Assembly: GCF_001194135.2 (NCBI RefSeq) | Contig: NC_068986.1 | Coordinates: 104,793,979 to 104,849,246, forward strand | Direction of reading: 5' to 3' | From: Octopus bimaculoides | Taxonomy: Eukaryota | DNA length: 55,268 nucleotides | In this document: positions 1-10,609 of the stretch, piece after piece | Position numbering within the stretch: the stretch's first letter is position 1 | Layout of the letters: the number at the start of each line of letters is the position of its first letter | Translations under genes and position numbers: made by a program | The notes under the pieces: model-generated | Databases searched by the model: none | Told to the model about the DNA's origin: nothing | The model's input: only the letters and a program-made list of their open reading frames with translations

Positions 1-115
1 TAATTTATCGACCCCGAAAGGATGAAAGGCAAAGTCGACCTCGGCGGAATTTGAACTCAGAACGTAAAGACAGACGAAATACCGCTAAGCATTTCACCTG
101 GCGTGCTAACGTTTC
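1..115 (-). mobile_element. tRNA-derived SINE, family A (partial, cut by window start)
   Basis: Reverse complement reads ...AGAAACGTTAGCACGCC..GTTCTGAGTTCAAATTCCGCCGAGGTCGACTTTGCCTTTCATCCTTTCGGGGTCGATAAATTA. It is near-identical to the copies at 116-349 and 1104-1334. The central block resembles the MetaSINE-type domain (recalled). Confidence 0.85.
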
Positions 116-349
116 TTATTTCTTTATTGCCAACAAGGGGCTAAACATAGAGGGGACAAACAAGGACAGACAAACGGATTCAGTCGATTACATCGACCCC
201 TGTGCGTAACTGATACTTATTTAATCGACCCCGAAATGATGAAAAGCAAAGTCGACCTCGGCGGAATTCGAACTCAGAACGTAAAGACACACGAAATACG
301 CTAAGCATTTCGCCCGGCGTGCTAACGTTTCTGCCAGCTCACCACCTTA
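116..349 (-). mobile_element. tRNA-derived SINE, family A, near full length
   Basis: Head GGTGGTGAGCTGGCAGAAACGTTAGCACGCCGGGCG, B-box-like GAGTTCGAATTCC, tail ...GTCCCCTCTATGTTTAGCCCCTTGTTGGCAATAAAGAA. Multi-copy within the window. Confidence 0.9.
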
Positions 350-896
350 AATATGATTATATTGCGGTGTCTGGTATCTTTCAGTCTTGCATTTCTGTAA
401 AAAAACATTTAAACCATATTAATTGGATAGTAGTCTGCCAGTGATTTCAACACTAAAATAAGCTATTTGAATTATAACCATGATATATTTACCAATATTT
501 TCCGTCTATATTTAGCTCATCAAAATCATTATATTGTAATTTCCTGCAATATCAAATCACTTCACTTTGCGAAATCCTGACACTTTTCTAAATCTCTTTG
601 ATATTCTACTTATAATTATTCGTTTCCATTCGGTTTTGCTTTTTCTTCTATGGCTATGAACCAATTCCATCACATTTAAACTTAATGCACAATAAAAAAT
701 AGTGGTGTAGATTGTATGGGTAGTCTACGTTAACAAAAATTAATGCACAGTAAAGGTTATCAGGCTGGATGTGTTCATTTGTCGTTAATATCCTGCCGTA
801 TAATACTCAATATACACCCAGCCTACTACAACCTTGTGCTTTTGTGTGAAAGCTCGTAGCTTACATATCGGGGTGTGATCCCGATCAGTTCTTATG

Positions 897-1465
897 AAGG
901 CGAGTTGGTTAGTGCTTACGGTGTTCGGCCCACGATTGTAACATCGTAGATATGAATCCAGGCAGCGTGATGTGTCCTTGAGCAAGACACTCCATTTTTC
1001 ACGTTGCTCCAGTTCGCTCAGCTGGCAAAAATGAGTAGTATTTTTATTTCAAGGGAGCAACCATATCGTACTCTGTATTACGCTGAATTTCCGTGAGAAT
1101 CTTATTTCTTTATTGCTCACAAGGGGCTAAACATAGAGGGGACAAACAAGGACGGGCAAAGGGATTAAGTCGATTGCATCAACCCCAGTGCGTAACTGGT
1201 ACTTAATTTATCGACCTCGAAAGGATGAAAGGCAAAGTCGACCTCGGTGGAATTTGAACTCAGAATGTAACGGCAGACGAAAAACCGCGAAGCATTTCGC
1301 CCGCCGTGCAAACGTTTCTGCTAGATCGCCGCCCTCCGTGAGAATCTTTTTAACGGTTCGTGTGTCTATGTAAAGTGCTTAGCCACTTGCACGTTAACTT
1401 AACGAGCAGGCTGTTCCGTTGATCGGGTAAACTAAAATAGGCGTAGTCGTAACCGACGGCGTGCC
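897..1465 (+). mobile_element. tRNA-derived SINE, family D (CORE-like head, family-C type tail), interrupted by a family A SINE
   Basis: Head GAAGGCG..GTTAGTG..GTGTCCTTGAGCAAGACACT..TTCACGTTGCTCCAG. The tail ...AGCCACTTGCACGTTAA..GAGCAGGCTGTTCCGTTGATCGG..GTCGTAACCGACGG matches family C tails at 14841-15225 and 25645-26008. Confidence 0.75.
1104..1334 (-). mobile_element. Family A SINE with 14-bp target-site duplication (TSD)
   Basis: Full-length copy flanked by the direct repeat TCCGTGAGAATCTT at 1090-1103 and 1335-1348. Confidence 0.92.
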
Positions 1466-1569
1466 GGCTGTGCAACTATAAATGAAGCTAAAATACCAGC
1501 AATTAACTTTTGGTGTGCAGAATTCACTAGAAGAGGCAGTTCTGTGTTGGCATTATAGACCATGAAATT

Positions 1570-2075
1570 TATGAAAATATTAGCTTCAAATTTTTGCACA
1601 AGGCCAACAAGTTCGATGGAAGGCATAAATCAATAACATTGATCCCAATGCTCAAGGATGAAAGACAAAGTCAACCTAGGCAGAATTTCAACTCAGAACA
1701 TAAAAACTGCCGAAATGTCGTTAAGCATTCTGCCCGGAGTGCTAACGATTCTGCCAGCCTACCGCCTTAGTTTATCAAATTATTGGCTTCAAATTTTAGC
1801 ACAAGGCCAGTAATTTCGGAGGATGGTCTAAGTTGATTACATTCACCCTCACCACCTCACCACCACCACCACCACCGAAAGAATGAGGGACAAAGTCGAC
1901 CACGGTGGAATATAAACCCAGAACACAAGAACAGCCGAAACGCAGCTAAGCATTCTGTCCGACGTGCTAACTACTCTGTCAACTCACGTCCTTAGTTTAC
2001 TACCAAAATACTGATTTCCAATTTTGACACAAGGCCAGCAGTTTCTTGGAGGGGAGTTATTCAATTATATTGAGC
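1570..2075 (-). mobile_element. Stack of diverged family A SINE copies (about 1570-1770, 1785-1995, plus a tail piece 2020-2075)
   Basis: Recurring GACAAAGTCRACC..GGAAT..AAC(T/C)CAGAAC..CTAAGCATTCTG(C/T)CCG..GTGCTAAC and the tail motif TTTT(G)GCACAAGGCCA. Confidence 0.75.
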
Positions 2076-2079
2076 CCTT

Positions 2080-2650
2080 GGAAGCATTTTGTCCGTCATT
2101 CCGTTCTGAGTGCAAATTCCGACGGGGCCGATTTGCTTTTGATAATTTCGGGGTCGATAAACAAAGTACCAGTTGAGTTATTGTTGTTGTTGGCATCCTT
2201 TTGTCTCGGGAAATAATGGAGTTGCGCAACACGGAAATGTCCTCTCCAGTTTCTTCTCCAGTTTTGCGCAGGCCTGGGCTAGATGTAAGAAAATCCTGGG
2301 TAGCCCAGTCGTCAGGATTCCTCTGTCGACCTTGCTGACGTAGTCCAAAGGAGTGCAGAGCATTACGTTCGGCACCAGCTTGGTTGCGGGAACTGCCGGA
2401 AGAGTGTCGAATCGAATACTAAACCGCCTACGAGGCTCTGCTCTGGATTTCTTTGAAGGTTGTCTCCTTTGCGTAACCCTGGATAGGGGCCCACACCGAG
2501 TACTGCCAGCCGGAGCCAGCTGAGCCCGGGACTCGTGTCAGGCCGGGTCGTCACTCCCTGAAGTAGTGAAGAAAATCGCTACCCACTACCAGTTGAGTAC
2601 TGGGTTTGAAATGACCGACTTGCCCCCTATTTCCAAATTATAGGTCTTGT
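2080..2650 (+). mobile_element. Diverged family A SINE split by an RTE-derived insertion
   Basis: GTTCTGAGTGCAAATTCC..GGGGTCGATAAACAAAGTACCAGTTGAGT, then the insert, then TACCAGTTGAGTACTGGG. Confidence 0.7.
2179..2586 (-). mobile_element. Non-autonomous RTE-derived element (5'UTR-like body plus RTE-type 3' tail with (CAA)n)
   Basis: Perfect 12-bp TSD TACCAGTTGAGT at 2167-2178 and 2587-2598. The minus strand contains AAGCTGGTGCCGAACGTAATGCTCTGCACTCCTTTGGAC..CCCAGGCCTGCGC, which resembles RTE 5'UTRs as recalled, and ends CCCGAGACAAAAGGATGCCAACAACAACAA. Confidence 0.7.
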
Positions 2651-2694
2651 GCTCTTTAGGGAAAGGATATTTGTCATCGTTATTTTCCTTCTAC

Positions 2695-2870
2695 AAGGCG
2701 GCAAAATGGCAGAATCGGTAGCACAACTTAGAAAATACCTGGCGTTAGTTTCTCCCGTACTTTGTGTTCTGATTTCAACTTCCTCTCAGATCGACTTTCT
2801 CCTTTATCCACTCGCTGTCGAGAGAACCAATAGAATCAGGGGTGGATTTACTGGACTTAATCATTTCCTC
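2695..2870 (+). mobile_element. Old diverged family A SINE
   Basis: AAGGCGGCAAAATGGCAGAATCGGTAGCAC..GTTCTGATTTCAAC..GATCGACTTT..CCTTTATCC aligns by eye to family A. Confidence 0.55.
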
Positions 2871-3028
2871 TAAAATTGCTGGTCATGTGACAAAATTTTA
2901 AACCCTTATTTTGCTTACACAGTTTATAAATAAAGAAATAAATATTCCCTTCTGGAACCACGTCAGGTTCATGAGGGCCTGTTTCTGGGTTTCGATGATG
3001 TATATATATTTTCCACCTGAACGAGACG

Positions 3029-3580
3029 CCGGTCGCGAAATTTTTTCCCACGAGAGTTCCGGACTTCAGTTACGAATCATTTGCATACAGCTAGAGCTCA
3101 GCTATCAAACCAATTTATGAGCGCATAAGTGATAGGCGATGAAATAAGGTCACTTGGGTAAGGAATGACCATGCTTCTTTTCTCTTTTAATAATGCTTGT
3201 TGTTCTTGTTCTTGTTTCAACCATGGCTGCTTCTGCGTACTATTAGTGTTTACTTTGTAAAACAGTAAGGGGAGAGGGTTGCTAGCACATCACACTCTAC
3301 CCACATTTTCCCCTCCACATCTTTACCATATGGGGCCCTAACAAAATCCGATTATAGGTATTGATGCAAATCTATCTAATTACTTGTCTCCTTCTAAAAT
3401 CAGGCCTAAGTTGACGATTGGTCGACTTACAACATCGTCCTTCGTCTTGAGTTTACTTGGTAGAGTGTGCTTGCTAACTTGACAACAAGGTCAAAGTGAG
3501 CCCTGATTGGCTGTATGCAAATGAGTTCATCACTGGGATCCGGAACTCTCGCGGGAAAAAAAAAAAATTTGCGCACCGGT
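3029..3580. mobile_element. MITE-like element with ~65-bp imperfect terminal inverted repeats (TIRs)
   Basis: Left CCGGTCGCGAAATTTTTTCCCACGAGAGTTCCGGACTTCAGTTACGAATCATTTGCATACAGC vs reverse complement of right CCGGTGCGCAAATTTTTTTTTTTTCCCGCGAGAGTTCCGGATCCCAGTGATGAACTCATTTGCATACAGC. An internal inverted repeat CACACTCTACC/GGTAGAGTGTG lies at about 3291-3301 and 3459-3469. Confidence 0.7.
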
Positions 3581-3735
3581 CAATCGCAGGTTACTCATTT
3601 TTGCCCGTTGAGTGGACTGGAGCAACGTGAAATAAAATAATTTCCTCAAAAAACAAATACAATGCGTCTCCAGTTCCAGGATTCGAAACCACAAACTTAC
3701 ATTCAGGAGTCCAACACCCTAACCACTAAACCACA
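3581..3735 (-). mobile_element. Family D-like SINE 5' part
   Basis: Reverse complement GTGGTTTAGTGGTTAGGGTGTTGGACTCC..GGTTTCGAATCCTGG..ATTTCACGTTGCTCCAGTCCACTC..GGCAAAAATGAGTA matches the 897-1040 head. Confidence 0.7.
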
Positions 3736-4181
3736 CACACATCCGTTTTCACAGATTATATTTACTGTTTATTCCTAATTTAGCGCTAAAAAAAATTATG
3801 TTATTTATCGCCATAGCCGCTCAACGAAGTTATAAATTGTATTTCTATCTGCGTAATTTGTACTGTGTTCCTTCACAATCACAAAATGTAAATATGAAAA
3901 TATATTATCAACATCTAATTCCTGGCCACGTACGGTTAAGAACTTTCTTATATGCAAGATTTGCTCAAGGTAAGAGCTAGCTGTATTGCAAAATATTTAA
4001 ATGTCATTATGCATTTTGCACAACACAAAACATTCATAGCAACACATATAACAATATACACACACGCAGATGTATATATCTATCTATCTATATGCATATA
4101 TATGTATCTATGCATATATATGTACTTAGATATATATATATATATATATATACCTGTATATATATATCTATCTATATAAAT

Positions 4182-4221
<40 letters not shown>

Positions 4222-5078
4222 NNNNNNNNNNNNNNNNNNNNNNNNNNNNNNNNNNNNNNNNNNNNNNNNNNNNNNNNNNNNNNNNNNNNNNNNNNNNNNN
4301 NNNNNNNNNNNNNNNNNNNNNNNNNNNNNNNNNNNNNNNNNNNNNNNNNNNNNNNNNNNNNNNNNNNNNNNNNNNNNNNNNNNNNNNNNNNNNNNNNNNN
4401 NNNNNNNNNNNNNNNNNNNNNNNNNNNNNNNNNNNNNNNNNNNNNNNNNNNNNNNNNNNNNNNNNNNNNNNNNNNNNNNNNNNNNNNNNNNNNNNNNNNN
4501 NNNNNNNNNNNNNNNNNNNNNNNNNNNNNNNNNNNNNNNNNNNNNNNNNNNNNNNNNNNNNNNNNNNNNNNNNNNNNNNNNNNNNNNNNNNNNNNNNNNN
4601 NNNNNNNNNNNNNNNNNNNNNNNNNNNNNNNNNNNNNNNNNNNNNNNNNNNNNNNNNNNNNNNNNNNNNNNNNNNNNNNNNNNNNNNNNNNNNNNNNNNN
4701 NNNNNNNNNNNNNNNNNNNNNNNNNNNNNNNNNNNNNNNNNNNNNNNNNNNNNNNNNNNNNNNNNNNNNNNNNNNNNNNNNNNNNNNNNNNNNNNNNNNN
4801 NNNNNNNNNNNNNNNNNNNNNNNNNNNNNNNNNNNNNNNNNNNNNNNNNNNNNNNNNNNNNNNNNNNNNNNNNNNNNNNNNNNNNNNNNNNNNNNNNNNN
4901 NNNNNNNNNNNNNNNNNNNNNNNNNNNNNNNNNNNNNNNNNNNNNNNNNNNNNNNNNNNNNNNNNNNNNNNNNNNNNNNNNNNNNNNNNNNNNNNNNNNN
5001 NNNNNNNNNNNNNNNNNNNNNNNNNNNNNNNNNNNNATACACGTATATACTTGCATGCATAGATACATATATATGTAT

Positions 5079-5137
<59 letters not shown>

Positions 5138-5475
5138 AAGGCACACACACATACACATATATGTATTTACACACACATATACTCACTAATATACGCATGA
5201 AAATGCATATATGTACATATTTACATATACATATATACATAAATACACACATACACACATACGCACATACATATACGCACACACATGCGCTAAGTATACA
5301 CATACATATCTACATATCTACACATTACCATGGAACCTGTCTATAATTTGTTAACTGGCACAGAACACTATTAATTCCCCTGACTATTTTCCTTTCTCTT
5401 ACTTTAGTGTATTGTAAGATATCTCCTCATATCTAAATGCATATTTTGTATATCCGATAAACTGCTATCTAACCA

Positions 5476-5560
<85 letters not shown>

Positions 5561-5889
5561 GTACACACACACACATAAATACACACACAAAGACACACAT
5601 ACACACACACACATATATATACATATATATCGTATATTAGATAAACTGATATCTAAATGCATATTTCCCATATTAGATAAACATATATCTAAATACGTAT
5701 ATAAATTCTATATGAGATAACATCATGCGCCAATATGGCTACATTCAGTAGATATACTTTGGTGATACCATGAATTAATATCATGAAGAATTGGTATCTG
5801 CACATGCAATGTTATATATAACCAGTATATCTGATATTTCGTTAGATCATTGTCAGCATTCGATTAATTCTTGGAGTAGAACATACATG

Positions 5890-5931
<42 letters not shown>

Positions 5932-7790
5932 NNNNNNNNNNNNNNNNNNNNNNNNNNNNNNNNNNNNNNNNNNNNNNNNNNNNNNNNNNNNNNNNNNNNN
6001 NNNNNNNNNNNNNNNNNNNNNNNNNNNNNNNNNNNNNNNNNNNNNNNNNNNNNNNNNNNNNNNNNNNNNNNNNNNNNNNNNNNNNNNNNNNNNNNNNNNN
6101 NNNNNNNNNNNNNNNNNNNNNNNNNNNNNNNNNNNNNNNNNNNNNNNNNNNNNNNNNNNNNNNNNNNNNNNNNNNNNNNNNNNNNNNNNNNNNNNNNNNN
6201 NNNNNNNNNNNNNNNNNNNNNNNNNNNNNNNNNNNNNNNNNNNNNNNNNNNNNNNNNNNNNNNNNNNNNNNNNNNNNNNNNNNNNNNNNNNNNNNNNNNN
6301 NNNNNNNNNNNNNNNNNNNNNNNNNNNNNNNNNNNNNNNNNNNNNNNNNNNNNNNNNNNNNNNNNNNNNNNNNNNNNNNNNNNNNNNNNNNNNNNNNNNN
6401 NNNNNNNNNNNNNNNNNNNNNNNNNNNNNNNNNNNNNNNNNNNNNNNNNNNNNNNNNNNNNNNNNNNNNNNNNNNNNNNNNNNNNNNNNNNNNNNNNNNN
6501 NNNNNNNNNNNNNNNNNNNNNNNNNNNNNNNNNNNNNNNNNNNNNNNNNNNNNNNNNNNNNNNNNNNNNNNNNNNNNNNNNNNNNNNNNNNNNNNNNNNN
6601 NNNNNNNNNNNNNNNNNNNNNNNNNNNNNNNNNNNNNNNNNNNNNNNNNNNNNNNNNNNNNNTATATATATATGCATGTATATGTTTATAATACACACAT
6701 ATATGTGCACATATGTGCACATATAGACACACATATATGTGCACATTTACAGACATGTGTCTCCTTACATAGACGGATATGTATGTACATCTACCTATTT
6801 GAATTTGTCTCTTTTCCTACTCTCTTACCTCTCTCTCACCCTCTTTATATATGTGTATATTCGTGCTTTGTATGTATATGTGTGTGTTTGTGTGTTTTTA
6901 TATCAGTTTCTGGATGGCATATAAAATTAACGTATTATATTCTTGTGCATGCAGAAAGATCATTTAAAACATACGAAGCAGACTTTATCAAAAATGAATT
7001 GATAATTTAGAAGTTAAATTTCGTAACGTTACTATCTCGTATAGCTATTTATTTGATTACGTCATCACATTCAATGGGCTGTGGATTCTTTTAATAAAAT
7101 ACGCTATTTTATATATTTCGAAAAAAATGTGGCATTCCGAAGAAATCACTATTTGTGTCTCCAACTCTAATGGAAATGAAATTCCTCGAACGTTTGTTAG
7201 TTCGACTGCTGCAAGATAAAAACTAACGACACTTCAACATACAGAAATGTTATGCAGGCCTATCAACAAGGGAGAGTGAAGATCATTCTTTACCTAAATC
7301 TAAACGAATGCATGTGTTGCTTATGACGTATTTTAAACGGGATTTCCGTGAGTGTCATGTTACACATTCGCTTGTAGTTTAAGCATATGTTTGATCTATA
7401 CAAAAGTGTCTTTCGGTGGTATTCTTCTTTAACCCAGCTTCAAGGAGCGCTGTTGCTATAAGTTGCTTCATATTGCCACTAAATTATATGACCCATGCAT
7501 CCTAAAGCAATACAGTTTGGGAATGGAAACAACTCCTGGATTAACATCTTAGCTGTGATATTAGCGTAGCATCGATTATTATTAGTAATTCCTTGTCTCT
7601 GACGAGATGATATTTCCCACAAAACCCATAAATATACACGAACGTAAATACATACCAGCTTACTTATATGCATACCTTTGTAAAAAATGCATATATATAT
7701 ATTAGAAATGGGGAGGGCCGGTTTTTGGGATTAATTTAGATTTCCCAAAACCTGTTGGCCCATGAGCTCTTAAAAACATGAAGGAGGAAA

Positions 7791-7852
<62 letters not shown>

Positions 7853-7876
7853 ACACTTACACACAAACACAATTCT

Positions 7877-7970
7877 TTTTATTTTATTCTTTTACTGGTT
7901 TCAGTCATTTGACTGCGGCCACGCTGGAGCACCGCCTTTAGTCGGTAGACGGAAACTGAAAGAAGCCCGT
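7877..7970. mobile_element. Family B SINE fragments (minus-strand tail fused to a plus-strand middle piece)
   Basis: TTTCAGTCATTTGACTGCGGCCACGCTGGAGCACCGCCTTTAGTCG is followed directly by GTAGACGGAAACTGAAAGAAGCCCGTC. Confidence 0.75.
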
Positions 7971-8414
7971 CTTAAATATGTTTATATATATGTATATATA
8001 TACATACATATATACATACATNNNNNNNNNNNNNNNNNNNNNNNNNNNNNNNNNNNNNNNNNNNNNNNNNNNNNNNNNNNNNNNNNNNNNNNNNNNNNNN
8101 NNNNNNNNNNNNNNNNNNNNNNNNNNNNNNNNNNNNNNNNNNNNNNNNNNNGAAATACGGTTTCTCCGAAATTATACATATCTAATATAATAAATGTTAA
8201 TGTCAGTGAGTCAAACTTTTCAACTTTACTCCGAGAGGCTGTTGCCCATTATATCATATCCTCTTGGAATCAGGCTGACTCTGTGAGTGAATTAAAAACA
8301 TTGCAGGCCATTCTGGACCTGCAATCCTGAAATTTAGGATTCCCAAATTTTCATTACTGCGATTGTTTTTGGCAATTTTTTTTCCATGATTTTTTCTTTT
8401 ACATAATTTTTTAC

Positions 8415-8578
8415 GATGAATATGATCATCCTTGGGATATGACTCTGGATGAAGCAATAGAAACAAATTCTCCAAAACAAGTCAGAGATCTGTTTGCAGA
8501 TCTTCCCATTTGTGGTTATTTGTTTAAAAGCTATATGCTAGCGTAAAAGCGACCTCGATAGGGCGGCATTTTAGCTGG
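8415..8578 (+). mobile_element. Helitron remnant: RepHel peptide fragment followed by a 3' terminus (hairpin + CTGG|T)
   Basis: 8415-8516 translates as DEYDHPWDMTLDEAIETNSPKQVRDLFADLPICG, resembling the Helitron segment (L)EDDxHWDxTLxDAxxTxSPxQIRxLFAxILxxC. The terminal hairpin GCGACCTCGATAGGGCGGC is followed 7 nt later by CTGG and T, which is the CTRR|T pattern. Confidence 0.55.
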
Positions 8579-8582
8579 TATG

Positions 8583-9716
8583 ATGTCTTGCAAACAACTC
8601 GCACATGCAAGTGCTACCAGTCGAGAAGTCCGCATACCGGAAGCCAGCAAGTGTATGGGGTCATCAGGAGAGAATGCGCACCGTTTCGGGGCCTACCTCT
8701 CGACGGCATCAATGCGCACCCCCCCCCCCTCACTGATATGAGGCCCCGCTTGCTAGATCAACTGGTTATTAAAAACAAAGCTCAATATTTCTCTAGCCAT
8801 CGATCATCGTCTCTTTTTAACCAAATCCAGTGGCTAGCCTTCTCCACTGTATTTTCGATATCACTCGTGGTGGTATTTACCTTACGATGAGTTAGGCCTA
8901 ACGATAACAGCAGTCGTCTCACACTGTGTCCTACAAACCCTCTACATCCAACTTCGATTGGAAAATGCCCCGCTTTCCAGCCTGCGTCTTCACATTTCTC
9001 GAGGAGGTTTACGTAACGGTCAATCTTTCGAGCCCGCGCGGCGTCCATATTATCTTCATGAGGAACCGTTAACTCGACTAGATTTACAACTTTCCTTCTT
9101 TCACACCACATTAAAATGTCCGGTTTTTCCGTAACTGGGATGGGAAAGAATGCCTGGCACCCAGGTAAATCTGCAGTCACTTCCCAATAGTCGTTCCACT
9201 TTTCATCTCTCACAGGAAGTTTCTTGTTCTCTTTCTTGAAACGGATCCGCTGACCTGAGCGCACGAAGGCAATAAAAACTCTGGTTCTTTCAACGGTTTT
9301 TTCTCAGTGCTGTTGAGATGAATTTGGTTGTTCATGGCATTGAAGATAACCTTCAGGACCAGGTTGTGTCTCCATGTATACCTGTTCAATGCTAATGAAC
9401 AGCTGGAAAGAATATGTTTCAGTGTTCCGAACTTTCAGCAGTTGCATATGTCATTCTCTGAGATGTTCCATCTTACGAGATTCCTAGGTGACGGCAAAAC
9501 ATCATAGGATGAACGAATCAGAAAACTTATCCGAGATGTCGTCCACTTCCACATTTCATCCCAACGTATTTTCCTCTCAACAACATGTTCTTCCCATCTC
9601 TTCATCTGTCCTTGTTGACTACATCGGATCAAGTGAAGCTCTCTTCTCTCTGCTTCTCTTGTTTTGACGCTGTTGCTATCAACAGATCTGCGTTCGCTCC
9701 GCATCATATCTGCAAA
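8583..9716 (-). mobile_element. 5'-truncated HERO-like RLE non-LTR retrotransposon (pseudogenised): RT C-terminal region, zinc knuckle, restriction-like endonuclease, 3'UTR
   Basis: 9435-9716 reads ...SQQGQMKRWEEHVVERKIRWDEMWKWTTSRISFLIRSSYDVLPSPRNLVRW..CNC*KFGTLKHILSSC..RYTWRHNLVLKVI. After a frameshift, 8782-9264 reads ...KPDILMWCERRKVVNLVELTVPHEDNMDAARARKIDRY..CEDAGW..FPIEVGCRGF, the PD-(D/E)xK RLE motif typical of the HERO clade. Confidence 0.88.
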
Positions 9717-9850
9717 CGCATTGATGCCGTCGAGAGGTAGGCCCCGAAACGGCGCGCATTCTATCCTGATGACCCCATACACTTGCTGGCTTCCGGTATG
9801 CGGAGTTCTCGACTGGTAGCACTTGCATGTGCGAGTTGTTTGCAAGACAT
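9717..9850 (+). repeat. Inverted copy of the HERO 3'UTR terminus (134 bp)
   Basis: Reverse complement of 8583-8716 with about 3 mismatches. Confidence 0.95.
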
Positions 9851-9851
9851 A

Positions 9852-9890
9852 CTAGCTTAAAATCCACCTCGATAGGGCGGCATTTTAGCT

Positions 9891-9895
<5 letters not shown>
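9852..9895 (+). repeat. 44-bp direct repeat of 8538-8581 (duplicated Helitron-type 3' terminus / putative TSD)
   Basis: CTAGCTTAAAATCCACCTCGATAGGGCGGCATTTTAGCTGGTAT vs CTAGCGTAAAAGCGACCTCGATAGGGCGGCATTTTAGCTGGTAT, 41/44 identical. Confidence 0.92.
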
Positions 9896-9961
<66 letters not shown>

Positions 9962-9989
9962 GTATGTATCGATGGGTGTTTGATTTTGT

Positions 9990-10206
9990 ATATGTGTTTG
10001 TCACCCCACCCCTCCCACCACCGCTTGACAGCCGGCGTTGGTGTGCTTTTACGTACCCGTAACTCAGTGGTTCGGCAATAGAGACCGATAGAATGAGTAC
10101 TTGAAAGAAATAAATCCTGGCGACGATTTGTTCGACTAAAATTTCTTAAACTGATGCTCCAGCATGGCCGCAGTCAAATAACTGAAACCAAATAGGAAAT
10201 AAAAGA
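9990..10206 (+). mobile_element. Family B SINE 3' half
   Basis: GGTTCGGCAATAGAGACCGATAGAATGAGTAC..CGATTTGTTCGACTAAA..GCTCCAGCATGGCCGCAGTCAAATAACTGAAAC. Confidence 0.85.
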
Positions 10207-10568
10207 TATATATCCATTGTACTCTTCCATTTTTATCTAATTAATTAGGATATGATTCGAGAAAGACGTAGTTGGTTGCTATTTCTAGCAAATCAAGTGG
10301 ACAAGAAGCGACTCGTTTGTTGGCACCTCCTTTGGTTTAAGACGTTTCTGTATTACGTCATGTGATGTCTGAGTGCCTGTTGCCACATTACTAAACATTA
10401 TCAATAATTTAGTGAGAAGCAATTACGAAATACTGAAAAATTGATCTATGTTTCTGTGTGAATGAATACTTACATACACACACACAAAACACACACACAC
10501 ACACACACACAAATACACATACACTCACATATATATATATATGTTTATATCTATGTACATACGTACAT

Positions 10569-10609
<41 letters not shown>

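Noticed and set aside
7140-7560. Possible upstream Helitron coding sequence or exon
   Set aside because: Only vague motif resemblance and multiple stops in all frames; it cannot be supported by eye.
8588-8890. ORF MQTTRTCKCYQSR.. appearing twice (also the start of 9435-9845)
   Set aside because: This is the antisense reading of the HERO 3'UTR and its inverted copy. Only 9435-9716 of the second ORF is genuine retrotransposon coding sequence.
9717-9780. Hammerhead-like words (TTGATG..CCGAAAC..CTGATGA) in the HERO 3'UTR
   Set aside because: The core, stem II and NUH triplet cannot be arranged into a valid hammerhead (CCCC faces CCCC; G at position 17).
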